Assembly (NCBI RefSeq): GCF_030684315.1
Contig: NC_081387.1
Location: forward strand, 7,048,497-7,112,496
Source of the DNA: Stegostoma tigrinum
Taxonomy: Eukaryota
DNA: 64,000 nucleotides
Direction: 5' to 3'
Part shown: positions 12,371 through 25,900 of the stretch, piece by piece
Position numbering within the stretch: position 1 is the first letter of the stretch
How the letters are laid out: each line of letters begins with the position of its first letter
Notes under the pieces: model-generated
The model's input: the letters and a program-made list of their open reading frames with translations, nothing else
Told to the model about the DNA's origin: nothing
Databases searched by the model: none
Program-made: the position numbers and the translations under genes

Positions 12371-14353
12371 CTGATTAAATAAAATTGCTCAACTCTGATT
12401 CAGTTTGTAGAGCCTCAATAAAGGCAACTTAAAAATGTTTCTCAGCTACTTCATTCAACTCTCGTGAACTCTCTGCAATGTTTACATTCAATCTCATAAC
12501 TGTAGTTAAAGTTATGATTTGACCGGGAGGTTCTTTTATAAGCTCATTTCTTGGACATATTCCTAAGAACTTCAATAAGGCCTGAAAATACATCCACACA
12601 AAATTGCAACTTTCTGATTGAAGATGTCACTATGGAAACACTTTGACCTTTGATTCTCAATTCCACCCCCAGCAGATTAAAGTTGGAGGAAACATTGCTG
12701 GCTCATTCCCAATTGTCTCTTTGGCTGGCTTACATGCCTTCCTTTTACTGTACTGTTTTTATCCTTTTTGGTTTTGTGGAGTGGGGGACTGTAAGACCCA
12801 AGAGTAGAATTAGACCATTTAGCCCATCAAGCCTGCTCCACCGTGTGACCACAGCTGATTTGAGAACAGGAGAATGATTTTGGTTTGTGGATCACTTCTA
12901 CTGTCAGCTAGCTCACTGCCCATTTAGCTGTTGCAACATAAATTCCACGTACTGTTCTGTTCAATTCATCTGTGTGAATAATTTCCAAGATCTTCAGCTC
13001 TTGATTCCTATAAACCAGTGAAATTGCTTGGCTTTACGCTTTCAAGTTGAATTTGAGTCTGCCCAATATGTTTCCACAAGTTTTTTTTTTAAAAAAGTGT
13101 CATAATCCACCAAAAACTTTCCCAGAAGGAGCTCTATCTGTCCAGATGCTCTGCAAGGTCAATAATCAAATTTACCTCCCGCTGAGCATTTTTTCATTCA
13201 AGTATTTTTTTCTAAACAGTATAAAGCAATGCCTCTACATCTTTTTCCTGAAATTTTGATCAGAATTGTACAAATTTAAAAAAATGAGAGGAGGGAAAAA
13301 AAATAGAAAAATTTCCCTGCCTGGGCTTTGGGTCATGGCCAATGTGTTTTTCTTCCTCATCAGAATCACCTTTTTCAATAGCAACAGTTATTGGCAGTCC
13401 CTCATTTTTTTTGAGGTTTTGCAATTCTAATTCAAGCCTCTTTCTCTTTTTCCTTCTGTCTCAAGTCAAAATTCAAGCCTTTCATTTCCGTTTCCCTTTG
13501 TATTTCCATTTACCTTTCCATCATGTCCTTGGACCAGTACCTGGTCTTTCTCCCATTTCTACTACTCTTAAATTCTATGGTAATATTTCAATCACCTGAC
13601 TTCTTGGCTTTTGCAGGAAATCTCACCTTTCACTCCTTTGTCAATTACCTAAATCTTGTAAACCAGTCAAGGATAAGCCCATCTTTAAAAGAGGGAGTTT
13701 CAGCTACTTCAAAAAGAACATTTTAATGTTTTAGTAAGAAAAACCCAGTATGTGTCCTTTTGTACTTTACAAGTTACAATTATTCAAGTCCAATTTCATG
13801 CTCTGCATCCAGTCCCTACACTGGGGCCCAAACTTTGTTATGACTCGGACATAAAGGAGTGCAGTTGTAATTAACCACCCCACAAACTGTTCCAAAAGGT
13901 TCAAATGTTTCATTTTTACCAAAGTTGTCAAGTTGTTTCATTTTAATATTGCTATCTACAACTAAATACTGCCCGAGGTTTCTTCAATCAGCTCAAAAAT
14001 ACTTTGTTTAATAAAAGTTAAATGATTTAAACAGGTGGCAAAACTGGTTATCAACTACAGTACTGTGCAGAATAAATGATATTCCTTCAATCCCAAATAC
14101 ACACACCCTGACACATAGAGAGTGCAAGGACTCTGCAGAGATATTATGGGTTTGAAAATAAAAGGGAAGAAAGCAGCCACATCACTGTCAGACATGGGTG
14201 CAAATTTAGCTGATTCAATAGGTTTGATTATCAGTTCCTTTGATGCCTGTCAATAAGCTCCAGTTGCTGATAGTCTCAGAATTATGGAAGACACTTGACA
14301 GTCCTGGTATTTATACAGTCATAGAGCATGAAAACAGACCCTTCACTTCAAAC

Positions 14354-14567
14354 AGAGATAGTAGGAACTGCACATACTGGAGAATCTAAGAGAACAAGGT
14401 GTGGAGCTGGATGAACAAAGCAGGCCAAGCAGCATCACAGAGCAGGAAGGTTGACGTTTCGGGCCGAGATACTTCTTCATTTCTGAAGGGCATAGGCCTG
14501 AAACGTCAGCTTTCCTGCTCCTCTGATGCTGCTTGGCCTGTTGCGTTCATCCAGCTCTACACCTTCG
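14354..14567. mobile_element. Short PLE F1-related palindrome in a CR1 3' end
   Basis: Inverted arms with two decayed hammerhead halves (gacgtttcgggcc / ggcctgaaacgtc) and a left tail. Confidence 0.82.
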
Positions 14568-16213
14568 ATTCAACTATATTTCATCCATCATCCCCAAATT
14601 AAATTAGTCCCGCCTGCTGACTCTTGGTCCACATTTCCTAATCATGTACTTACCGAAATGTTTTTTTAAGTGTTTTAACTGTACGGCCAACTTCTTCTGC
14701 AAGTTCATTCCATATACAAACAACACTTTGTAAAAAAAGTTTTAAAAAAAAGGCCCTTATATCTTCTAAAGCTTTCTCTTCTCATCTTGAAAATATGCCC
14801 CGTGGTCTTGAAATGACCCATCCTACAGAAAAATATACCTGCCATTCACTGTGTATGTACACCTCATGACTTTATAATCCCCTGCAAAAGGGCATCGCCA
14901 ACCTCTTACGCCCCATTGAGAAATGTCCCAGCCTCTCCGGCTTCTCCTTATAACTCAGATGCAGCCACCATTCCCAGCATCATCCTGGTAAATCTCTTCT
15001 GAGCCCTTTACGCAGTTTAATAATATCCTTCCCACAACAGGCTGACCAGAACTGGGCGCAGTACTCCAGAAGAGGCCTCACCAATGTCCTGTACAGCCTC
15101 AACATGACGTCCCAATTCTTACGCTCGAAGGTCTGAGCAATAAAGGCAAGCATGGTAAATTCCTTCTTAACCAGACTGTCTACCGGAGATGCAAGATTCG
15201 AAGAATTGTGTATTTGAATCCCTAGGTCTTTCCATTCAACAACACTGCCCATGTCCCCATTTTAATTGCAGAAATCCAGCCGGTTTGTCTTTCCAAAACA
15301 TAATATCTCACATTTTGCCAAATTAAACTCCATCTGCCATTCTTGAGCCAATTGACCCAATTGATCAAGATCTTTGTAATCTTAGATAACCTTCTTCACT
15401 GTCCACTTCACCAATTTTGGTGTCACCCGCAAATTTACTAACCACACCTATATTCTCATCTAACTTATTTATATAAATGACAAACAAAAGTAGACGGAGC
15501 ACTGATCCCTGTGGACCGCTGCTACTCACAGGTCTCCAGTCCAAAAAAAAATCAGTCTGTCTCTTGCCATTAGGAGAACGTTGTATTCAATTGGCAAGCT
15601 CACCCTGAATACCATATGATCTATCTTAACTAATTAATCTACCATAGAGAACCTTGGGAAGGCTTTATTAAAGTCCGAGGAAACAATGTCTACCGCAGTG
15701 CCCTCATCATTCATTTTGGTAACTTCATTAAAAGGAAAATTTCACTCAATCAAGTTTGCAAGTCACAATTTCCCTTGCACAAAACCATGCTGATGACGCC
15801 TCATCATTCCTCGCCTGTCTAAAGGCATATAAATCCGTATACTTCAGAATCACTTCCACCAACTTATTCACCAACGTCAGACTCACGGGTCTAATTCTTC
15901 TCCTTACATCCGTTCTTTAAAAACCACATTAGCCACTTCAGTTTTACGACACCTCCTACACAGCTATAGATAATACAAGTGTTTCTGCAAGTGGCCCCAT
16001 AATGTCCTCCCTAACTTCCCACAATGTCCTGGAATACAGACGATAGGTCCCAGGAAGTTATCACCTTTGTATTTCTTCCAGCACTTCCTCTTCTGTAAAA
16101 TGAACTGTCTTCCAAATAGCAATGTTTATTTCTCTGAATTATCTGGCTTCTGTTTTTTCCTCAACAGTAAAAATGGATACAAAATGTTCACTTAATACCT
16201 CTCCCATTTCCTG

Positions 16214-16975
16214 AGAACAAAGAACAAAGAAAATTACAGCACAGACACAGCCCTTTGCCCTCCAAGCCTGCGCCAATCCAGATCCTACCTAAACCTGTCA
16301 TCTATTTCCTAAGGATTTGTATCCCTTTGCTCCCTGCCCATCCATGTACCTGTCCAGATACATCTTAAAAGACACTATTGTGTCTGCGTCTACCACCTCT
16401 GCTGACAATGCATTTCAGGCACCCACCACCCTCTGTGTAAAGAATTTTTCACGCATATCTCCCATAAACATTCCTCCTCTCACTTTGAACTCATGACCCC
16501 AAGTAATTGAGTCCCCCACTATGGGAAAAAGCTTCATGCTATCCACTTTGTCTATACCCCTCATGATTTTATAGACCTCAGTCAGGTCCCCCCCTCAATC
16601 TCCATCTTTCTAATGAAAATAATCCTAACCTACTCAACCTTTCTTCATAGCTCGTGCCCTTCATACCAGGTAACATCCTGGTGAACCTCCTCTGCACCCT
16701 CTCCAAAGCATCCTTTGGTAATGTGGCGACCAGAACTCTACACAGTACTCTAAATGTGGCCAAACTAAAGTCTTATACAACTGCAACATGACCTGCCAAC
16801 TCTTGTACTCGATACCCTGTCCGATGAAGGAAAGCATGCCGTATGCCTTTTTAACCGCTCTATTGACCTGCGTTGCCACCTTCAGGGAACAATGGACCTG
16901 AACACCCAGATCGCTCTGTACATCAATTTTCCTCAGGACTGTTCCATTTGCTGTACAGTTCGCTGTTGAACTAGA
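16214..16975 (-). mobile_element. Younger CR1 3' end nested in older CR1
   Basis: VKKAYGMLSFIGQGIEYKS..LEYCVEFWSPHY; terminal gaacaaa repeats at 16214-16230. Confidence 0.85.
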
Positions 16976-19445
16976 AGATGGCCTCTTTCATCTTTAAGGG
17001 GCACTACTCTCCCTCAATTTGTTCCCTTGCTCTTAATGCACTTGTAGACACTCTTGGGGTTATCTTATCTTTATTTGCCAAGGCTATCTCATATCCTCTC
17101 TCTGCATTCCAGATTTGCCTCTTGAGAATACACCTTAAAACACCACTTTAACTCCAAGAGATTCATTAGAAGCCAGTTCTCTATACATAATATGTGATTC
17201 ATTTTTATTCTTGCCGAGAATCTCAACACCTTTGTTAATCTTTGTTCTCTAATCATACATGCCTTGCATTTCACTCCAACAGGAACTTAATTCTGGACAC
17301 TTGTCACCACACTTATAGACAATAGACAATAGGTGAGTAGGCCATTCATTATGATCATGGCTGATCATCCACAATCAGTATCCTGTTCCTGCCCTATTCC
17401 CATAACCCTTGATTCCACTATCTTTAAGAGCTCTATCTATCTCTTTCTTGAAACTATCCAGAGACTTGGCCTCCACTGCCTTCTGGGGCAGAGCATTCCA
17501 TATATCCACCACTCTCTGGGTGAAGAAGTTATTCCTCAACTCTGTTCTAAATGGCCTACCCCTTATTTTTAAACTGTGTTATTTATTTATTTGTGTCTTC
17601 CTTCACTCACTTAAGTATGAAAGCCTCTCACTTACAAAATATTCCTTTCCCTGCAAAGTCAATTCCAAGCAACGTTTCCAAGTTTTTCTCTCATTCCATT
17701 AAAATTTGCCCTACTCCAATAGGAAAAAAAAATCATTGTTTTAAAACTGTTTTAAAATGAATAGAATTCTAATTCCTAGACTCAACGTGTTGCCCTATCA
17801 CCCCAGTCACTTGCCCTGTCTTATTACAGAAGGAAGTCAGGTTTTGCTCCTTCTGTAGTAGCAACACTCACATATGGTTAAAGAAAAAGTTCTTGGACCA
17901 TATTTAACCAGTAGGATATCCTTTACTGTCACGTGTACTCCAGTAGAGGAATGGTGCCATTTTAGGTACAAAGTACTGAGGTAGAAATCTTGGATACAAA
18001 ACAAGAATAAGTCAAAAGTGAAAAATAAGATAGAAGATAGGTACAATTCTGCACCATCCAAATCTCTAACAATGTGGCTGCTCCAATCAACGTTTGGAAA
18101 GTTAAAAATCACCGACTATCACTGCGTTATTATTCTTACATACATCAGAGATATCTCCCCACATTTGCTCCTCAATTTCCCTTTGGCTATTGTGGATACT
18201 ATAGCACAATCTAAGGGTGAGAATTCCTTTCTTATTTCTAATGTGAACCTATCTATTTTCACTGGTCAATTTTTCAGAGATATCTTCTCTAGTTACAGCA
18301 GTAATGTTTTTCTTAATCAAAACTTTCTCCTCTTTTACCTCTCCTTCTATCCTTCCTCTAGCATCTGAAACCCAGAACACTGAGCTGCCAGGCCTGTCCA
18401 TCTCTCAGACAAGTTTCTCTAACAGCAATGACATCCAAATCCCATGTTCCCAAACATAGAGTTCATCAGTCTTACCTGTAAGATCACTTGCTATGAAATA
18501 TATTCAGTTGAATTCTTCAGAATAACTTATTCTCTGAAATGCTCGTGTCTGTCTTTTCTAACTAACGCGTTCTTTTCAGATTCAAAAGCCCTCCGCATCT
18601 ATCTTTATATTTACTTTACTACTTAGGATCTCTCCACACCCCCTCTCTTATAGATTTCCATCTCTGTTAATAGAATTAGGAAATCTGCCTGCTCGGATAT
18701 TGGTCCTTTTCCAATACAGGCCAAACCCACCTTTTTTAAATTGGTCTTTTCTGCCCCAGAATAGATCTCAATGATCCAAGAGCCTGAATCCCGGAACATC
18801 ATGCCACCTCCGATTTATCTCCTTTATTCCTTCCCTCATTTAAGCTTGGTGTTGGGAGTAAACCAGAGATTACTACTTTTGAGTTCCCGTATTTTTTTTA
18901 AATCTTCTCCCTAACCTCTTATATTCAATCTGTAAAGTATTAACCTTTTTCCTAACGATATCTTTCTTAGCAAGATGTATAATAACTTATGGCTTCTCAC
19001 GCTCATCTTTAATTGCATGTTTCAAATGTTTTGGGAGGTCCTTAATCCTGGCCCCAGGAAGGCAACCTAAGATCCTAGATTCATGCTCGCTGCCACAAAA
19101 TCTCCTGTCTGTGCCATTAAGAGGACAGTCCCTTATAACAATTACTCTGAAATTTGTCAAACCCTGCCTGACACAAGATTCATTTTTAATGCCCAAAATC
19201 TGACTGCTTTTCTATTTTTTCGCTGAAGGACTATCACTATCCTTTCCAACAGTACTTAAAACAGAGTATCTGTTTGAGAGGAGAGTAGGAGGCTTCTGTA
19301 CTATCTCATCCTTCCTGACACAGTCACCAATCTATCTGACTGAGCCTGCTGTGTAATCACTTTGCTAAATCTACTGGTCATCTGAGTCTGTGTCTCTTGT
19401 ATGCCTTAGATGACATTAACTCTAAAACAAAGCAGCTTTCACTAG

Positions 19446-19628
19446 GAGAGATAATAGGAACTGCAGATGCTGGAGAATCTGAGACAACAAAGCGTAGAGC
19501 TGGATGAACACAGCAGGCCAAGCAGCATCAGAGGAGCAGGAGAGCTGGCGTTTGAGGCCTAGACCCTTTTCTGCTGCTAAGATGCTGCTTGGCTTGCTGT
19601 GTTCATCCAGTTCTACACTTTGTTATCT
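19446..19628. mobile_element. Short PLE F1-related palindrome
   Basis: Inverted arms, left tail, perfect TSD agctttcactag (19434-19445 / 19629-19640). Confidence 0.88.
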
Positions 19629-19942
19629 AGCTTTCACTAGCATCTTATTTATAAAATAAACTACCGTTCCTTACCCAAAGAATTAATACCAAGCATGCAA
19701 AAAGAAGTGTATAAAATCACTTAGCTGATCAAGTTAAAATATGACTTCTCCTCAAGAGGCTCAGCAGATAGCTTTTAATCTTCTGATTAAAAAAACCCTC
19801 ACTCCAGGGCCATGTGGAGGCCTCTGCAAAAGCTCAGTTTTTAAAAAAAAAACTGTCCTCTGCAATTTAAAACAAAATCTCTTTAGCAATGGTACATTAA
19901 AAAAAGTCTCCTTCTAGGCCATTAACACCATTTGCAAAATAC

Positions 19943-19976
19943 CATCCACTTTGTTTTTTTGTTTTCTTGTTTCTGA
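19943..19976 (-). pseudogene. Candidate class I cytoplasmic exon A ((S)QKQENKKTKWM)
   Basis: Acceptor cttttagttcttttgtag, donor G|GTATTT, open in phase 2 to 0, matching the TM donor at 22112. No homology support. Confidence 0.3.
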
Positions 19977-22111
19977 CTACAAAAGAACTAAAAGTGAATC
20001 AAAATAAAAACATTATACTACTGAAATGTGGTAACTGTAAGAAAGCTGGCTTGCTTACTTCCAGTTATCTCAGAAACAGATGCAAGATTCACTCTACTCT
20101 CAGTCCGTGTTATTCAAACTTTTTTTTCATTTTCATACTACGCCACAGAATAAGAGCTTATTGCTGGTTTTAGTTTTAGGCTTTGCTCTGAGTGACAGAG
20201 ATAAAAATATTAAGAGCTTTTCCTGGCAAGTTGCTACAACTACTGTTCACATCCAGGTCTGTGAACAAACACAGCGTCTCGGTCCAAATGCTGTTATTGC
20301 CGAGCAACAGATCTGAACTTCGGCTTTTTGCAAGTCGCGTTGTCCAAAAATTAAGGGCCACAAAAGTCCAATTCTTGTCTCTTAACCACTCTTAGTGGCC
20401 TTCTCTTCCAAAATATACTTGCTTATCCGAATAATCCACAGGCAGTCAAGGTGGTTAAAGCTGTGCACAGGATATATGTCTTTGACTAATAAAGTATCAA
20501 ATACAAGAGCAAAGAAATTATAATGGTGCTGATATAATGTTGTTTAGACCATGGCTACAGTATGCATTTCTCTTGACCGTATTATAGAAAGGGCGCAACT
20601 GCAAATCGAAAAAAAGTGCAGAAGAGACTCAGCTGGATGGTGCCTGGCTGGAGGGATTCTGCTATGAAGAGAGGAGTAGATAAGCAAGACAACCCCAGCC
20701 TAGAGCCGAGAAGACTGGGGGTGAGGGGGGGGGGGGGGGTGGCGGCGGTAGGATCTGATTAAGGGGTAGAAAATTCGGACTATCACTGACAGAGCAGATA
20801 AAGTGCAAGTTTTCACCAAGTGAAGGTGTCAATAAATGTGGAGCATAGATATGCAGCAGGAGGTTTAAGGGAGGATTTAAAAAGGAAATATTTTTTCACC
20901 ATCTTCAACAAGAGAGAATCTAACAATCGTCGCTGGACATTCAATGGTGCCACCACCACCGAATCCCCAACTATCAACATTCTGGGGAGTTAGCATTGAC
21001 TGGAAACTGAACTGGACTAGTTATACAAACACAGTGTCTCCAAGTGTGTATCAGAAGCTCGAAATACTGCAGTGAGTAACTCAGCCCCTGACTCCCCAAA
21101 GCCTGTCTACCCTTGATAAATGCCACATCAGGAGAGACTTCTTCCTATTTGCCTGGACGTGTGCATGTCCAGAAGTACTCAAGAAGCCTGACAGCAAAGG
21201 GCAATCCAGTACCACATCAACCACTGACACACAGTAGCAGCAGTGTTCACCACTGACAAACTGCACTGCAAAATTCACCAAATGCATGATCACTTCCATC
21301 TAGGAGGACTAGAGCAGCTGATACACTTGTAAGTGCCCTCTAAGCCAGTTGTCATTCTGGCTTGGAAATATGTCACCGCTCATTCAAATTTGCTGGAACC
21401 AAATCTTGGAATTTTCTCCCTCATGGCATTGTGTGTTTACCCAGACTAAAGTGTTTCAAGAAGCAACAAAAGATATGCGATAAGTGCTGGCCCAACCGGT
21501 GAAGTTCATATTAGGTGAATTAAGTTTTTTAAGAAAAGAATATGATGGAAATCTGGGATTCACTGTCAAAAAGGGTGGAAGATACAGGAACCAACAAGAC
21601 ACTTAAGAACTGTTTAATGCAACAAACCAAGTCCTGGAAAACAGGATTAGAACAGATGTTTGTTTGGTGAATGGCACAGGCAAAGTGGGCCAAAGGGACT
21701 CTTTCCACATTGTAGAAACTCTCAACATGAAGTAAGCAAAACGGGTCTCTCTGGAGTGAAACAAATATTCTGAGGAACCAATATTTCTTTTTCTCACTGA
21801 AAAGGCTGGAGGCAGGTCATGATTTGGCTTATATACGTAGAACGCACAAAAGCACGATTTTTGGTACCATACAAAACAGGGTTATCCCATATGCCACAAT
21901 ACAAGGTGCTCACAACAGTGTCAAATAAGGTACATATAATTTCAAACCGCGGATCTGACCCACCACATTTACTTTTTCAAGACCCATTCAAATACTGATC
22001 AGAGTGCAGAAAACATACAATGACCGGACAGTAAGATTGAAAATTCTATTGGACATAAATCCACACCCACTCTATCACCTGACCTCAACATTCATTAATT
22101 TTTTACCTCAC

Positions 22112-22223
22112 CTCAACCTTTTCCATCTGATTACTGCGATTATTCCGATAATCACAAGTGCAGCAACGGCCAACAATGTTATAATTCTTGCAGTGGAGCC
22201 CCGGCCTCCGTCCTCCACTGTTT
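22112..22223 (-). pseudogene. MHC class I connecting peptide/transmembrane exon
   Basis: ETVEDGGRGSTARIITLLAVAALVIIGIIAVIRWKRL: hydrophobic helix plus basic stop-transfer. Acceptor tttttcag. Donor either AG|GTGAGG (22112) or G|GTAAAA (22107, which includes a TGA). Confidence 0.9.
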
Positions 22224-22341
22224 CTGAAAAACATTTGAATAGTAATGGATGTCACGATGTTCCTGAATTCATATGCAAATTCTGTCTTGAAGGATTATTC
22301 TAACCAAACCGGCCTGTCCAGAAAGTGATGCGCATACATAC

Positions 22342-22620
22342 CCCACTGATAGAACTTGGGCTCTGACAGGCTGCTGTGTTCAATTTGACAGGAGTATTGA
22401 TCCTCATCCCCAGCATTGATTTCAATATCTTTCTGGATCTGATGGGTCCCATCATGGTTCGGCCGAACCCCTGAGGATTGTCTCTCAGGCCAGACCTCTC
22501 CATTCCTTAGCCAGGTCACCACGATTTCTACCGGGTAAAATCCAGTGACCAGGCAGGAGAGTGTGAGTGGCTTGTCCTGACGACTGGGGTCGCTCCTGGA
22601 GCTGAACACTTCAGGCTGAA
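22342..22620 (-). pseudogene. MHC class I alpha3 (Ig C1-set) exon, open
   Basis: VQPEV...LTLSCLVTGFYPVEIVVTWLRNG...PNHDGTHQI...YSCQIEHSSL...QW. Both Ig cysteines present; acceptor ttccatcacag, donor G|GTATGT; 279 nt. Confidence 0.97.
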
Positions 22621-22721
22621 CTGTGATGGAAAATGGTGAAAACACAAAGCATGTATGAAAGGTAACAAACGGAACAAGGAGTAGTTTCAAAGATCAGTAT
22701 GTTGTCAAAATGGAAACATAC

Positions 22722-22997
22722 CTTTCCTTTCGAAATATTCTTTTCCAACCTCCAAATCCAACAGCAATTGCTCCAGAAATATTTGTTCCAGATGTGTTTT
22801 CCAATACTTGGTCCAGGATGCATCAGAATTCCATTTCTCAGTTGTCATTACTGCATGGTGGTTGGTTGCAATCCATCTCATTCTCTCTGCCTCTAAACTA
22901 ATATAGTCTTTTCTGTCATACCCAAAACGCATTGATATCTTAACGGAGCCATCTTCAACTATTTCAGCACAACTTATCCATTAAAACAGGTGAATTC
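22722..22997 (-). pseudogene. MHC class I alpha2 exon with premature stop
   Basis: GIHLF*WISCAEIVEDGSVKISMRFGYDRKDYISLEAERMRWIATNHHAVMTTEKWNSDASWTKYWKTHLEQIFLEQLLLDLEVGKEYFERK. YDxxDYI, W133 and TxxKW motifs; 276 nt; donor G|GTATGT. Confidence 0.95.
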
Positions 22998-25900
22998 CTT
23001 TCAGTGATGAACAAAGGGATCAAAAGCCAACATTTAATGATACATCACATGCTGTCTGAACAGAGACAACAGGCATCTGATTTCAGGTAGAAATGGGGGC
23101 TTAGAGTCAGAGCCTAATCAGAAAAGGAAGAGGATTCAGTTGAAAATGTATACCAATTGTTGCGGCTGTGAATTCAGTCTGAACTTTCTAAATCATTTGA
23201 ACCTGATGAGTGGTCAGAAGTCAAACAAAATGGTTTTTGGGAAATTAAGCATCCAACCAGGATTCAGTGGTCTTAGAAAGGGCTAGTAAACTAATGACAA
23301 GACTTGATTCCCATACATTAATAGCAAACAACAAATTAATTCCCCAGAAACTAATAACTTGAATTAATAGACAACATATTAATCCCAGGATGCTCATGTG
23401 TGTTGGTTTCAGCAAATTTACAACAGTTAACTGCCAGTCAGTGGTTAAGTCCCAGATGTTAAAAATAAAGCATTAATTTATAACTTGCTCATAATAGAAG
23501 ATAAATTTCCAGCTACCAACAGGAATTAATTCCTACCACATTGACAACACAAGTCCCCAACATACAAACAACAGAAGTTTACTGCCAGCACATTATGGGT
23601 GGTTTTAATTTACAAGATGCTAACTCAAACATGTGAAAGTTAGAAGTTATTCCCAACTGCTAAAGAATATATTTAATTTAAAGTCACTACGAGCAATGTG
23701 ATGAAATGTCTCGTTATTTCCAGCTTTTTCTTTGCACCAAGCAAGCCAGCAAACTACGTCAATTTCTACTGATAGACATTTCCAAGTGATGCTAGGTGCC
23801 AACAAAAGGGAAGGGCTCACCATAAGACTGAAACAGATTACTCAGCACAAAGAATTGCAGTTTAAAATTTTCAGTAGCTGACTGTAAGGTCAGTGTGAAG
23901 GTGACAGAGAGTGGATGGCATATTAGGAGTCCTGATTTTTAGCTGCCCTACAGCAAAGGCAACTGAACTACAGGATTTCCCTGTAGTTGACACATGGAGT
24001 TAAGTTCCAAGAGTAGATGGGTGTCTGTGTTGTTGGAACCACAGCCAAGTTCTCAAAGACGTTAGGCAACTAAGGTGTCGCCATCAGGGCTCAGGAAAAG
24101 TGATGGTGGTTCACAAGTAACCAGCTGTGACCAATAGGTCAGTATGGCTGAGTGTGGTCATTGAAAGATCGCCAAGAGTAGCTGCTTGATGCAACTCAGC
24201 AAGATGGGAGAGCTCAAGAAAAATGCAAAAGAAAGATTCAGCTTGGTAAAGCCGGCCTGAATTGTGGCAGTGAATCAGTACTGGAGTGCTGTTTGCAGAG
24301 TCTGGGGCAGCACAGACCCAGGCAGGAGGATGACCAGCTCTAACAAGAGCAGTCATTGAGCCAGTCCATGACAGACCACAAGGCATAGGATCAGAAATAG
24401 TCAATTGGCCCTAACGACTGCTTTGCCATTTGATCACTGCTGCCAATAAGTGACTTAAGAGTGGATTTGAAGACCAGACTAGACCAGCAAAAACAAAGAA
24501 CTGTAAACGCTTGTGAAGTTCAGTGAGATTTATTGACTGACCGCTTGTAAACTTAACCGCTGGAGGATTTGCTGAGAAAGCTGTAGGGTCTGCCTTGATC
24601 GCATTTGACACATAATTAAAATCATTTGAAAAGCTGGCAATGAGCTGCCTTTTTGATCCCTGCAGTCCAGGTGCTGTAGGTACACCCTCAGTGCCAGAGA
24701 AATTCCAGGATTTTTGACTCAACAACAGAAAATGATATGCTGATTTTTTTCCAAGTCAGGACGGTGGCTGGCTTGTAGGAGAACTTCCAAGGTGGCAGTG
24801 TTCCGCTGATTATCTCTTGCCCTTGTCCTTCAAGATTGAAGTGATTACAGATTTCAAAGGTGATATCTGAAGATCTTGGAATGCTTGTTCAGAGAACAGC
24901 AGATGGCAGGACTGATTAATACAGCAGTTAAAAAGGCACATGTGATCCTTGCCTTGATTAGTCATGGAACAGATCGGAAGAACAAGGAGGTCATGTTGGA
25001 ACAGCACTGAACTTTGGTGAGGCCACACCTGGAACACTATGCATTCTTTTGATCACCATCTTCCATGTCATGGAGCTTCCATGTATCTGCTGTCCTTGAC
25101 CTTCTAGATGGTAAAGGATGGGGTATTGAAAGATGTTGTCTAAAGGATCTTTGGTGAATTTCTGCAGTGCATCTTTGCAGATTATACACACTGCTGCTAC
25201 TAAGCATCGGGGAAGAGGTAGTGTTTGTTTGCGGATACCATGCCAATAAAGTAGAATGCTTTGGCCTGGATAATTTCAACACTCTTGATTTTGGAGCTGC
25301 GCACACCCAGTAAAGTGGGGAGTATTCCATCACACTTCTCACTATGCCACATGGATGGGGCCAGGTTTTCTGGAGTCAGGATGAGAAGTACTCCACTGGC
25401 TTATGGGCCCCAGCCTTTTCACTCGAGGCTCCCCTATCTCACATCCAGCTTCCCTCTCTTACTGCTGAAGCCCAGTCAAAATTGCACGTTTAACTGCATA
25501 CCAATTCATTGGTATATGAAAACCACATGTGATAACATCAGTGCTTGGAACGCTGCGTTCCTGAATGAGGACACACGTAGTTTGTCTGCAATACCTACTT
25601 TTTGACATGTGCATGGGTTGCCAGATCACAGCCTATTACTCAAAGTTAGCACGTTACTTCTGTGTATTCGAAGTAAGTTTTACATGCATTGTCAATTGAA
25701 ATACTGATGCAACTTGTATGGCACTATAAAGGAAGAGTCGCTACAGTCCAGAGGACCATAGGGCACAGAAACACAAATGGTAGTGAGCTTAACGCATCTC
25801 AGTCAAGGGACAAATTTGAGAAACTGGGACCTATATAGTAACCTAAGCCAGTGTGGAACATGAACTCTTGGCATCACAAATCCAGCATCCAGACAACTGA

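Larger units (their letters stand above)
14310..19430 (-). mobile_element. Near full-length decayed CR1 LINE with nested insertions
   Basis: ORF2 end LYRTLVRPLLEYCAQFWS, endonuclease remnant DFNFPNVDW-like, ORF1 SGNH-esterase motif DRRFCG..CLPGARIKD (18987-19196). Confidence 0.85.

Noticed and set aside
12900-14300. Minus-strand Gypsy gag/LTR-like remnant
   Set aside because: Suggestive E/K-rich frame and ...ATAACA end near 13836, but too decayed to delimit or support.
20163-20188. Possible cytoplasmic mini-exon after a good acceptor (EQSLKLKPA)
   Set aside because: No GT donor (ATAAG instead).
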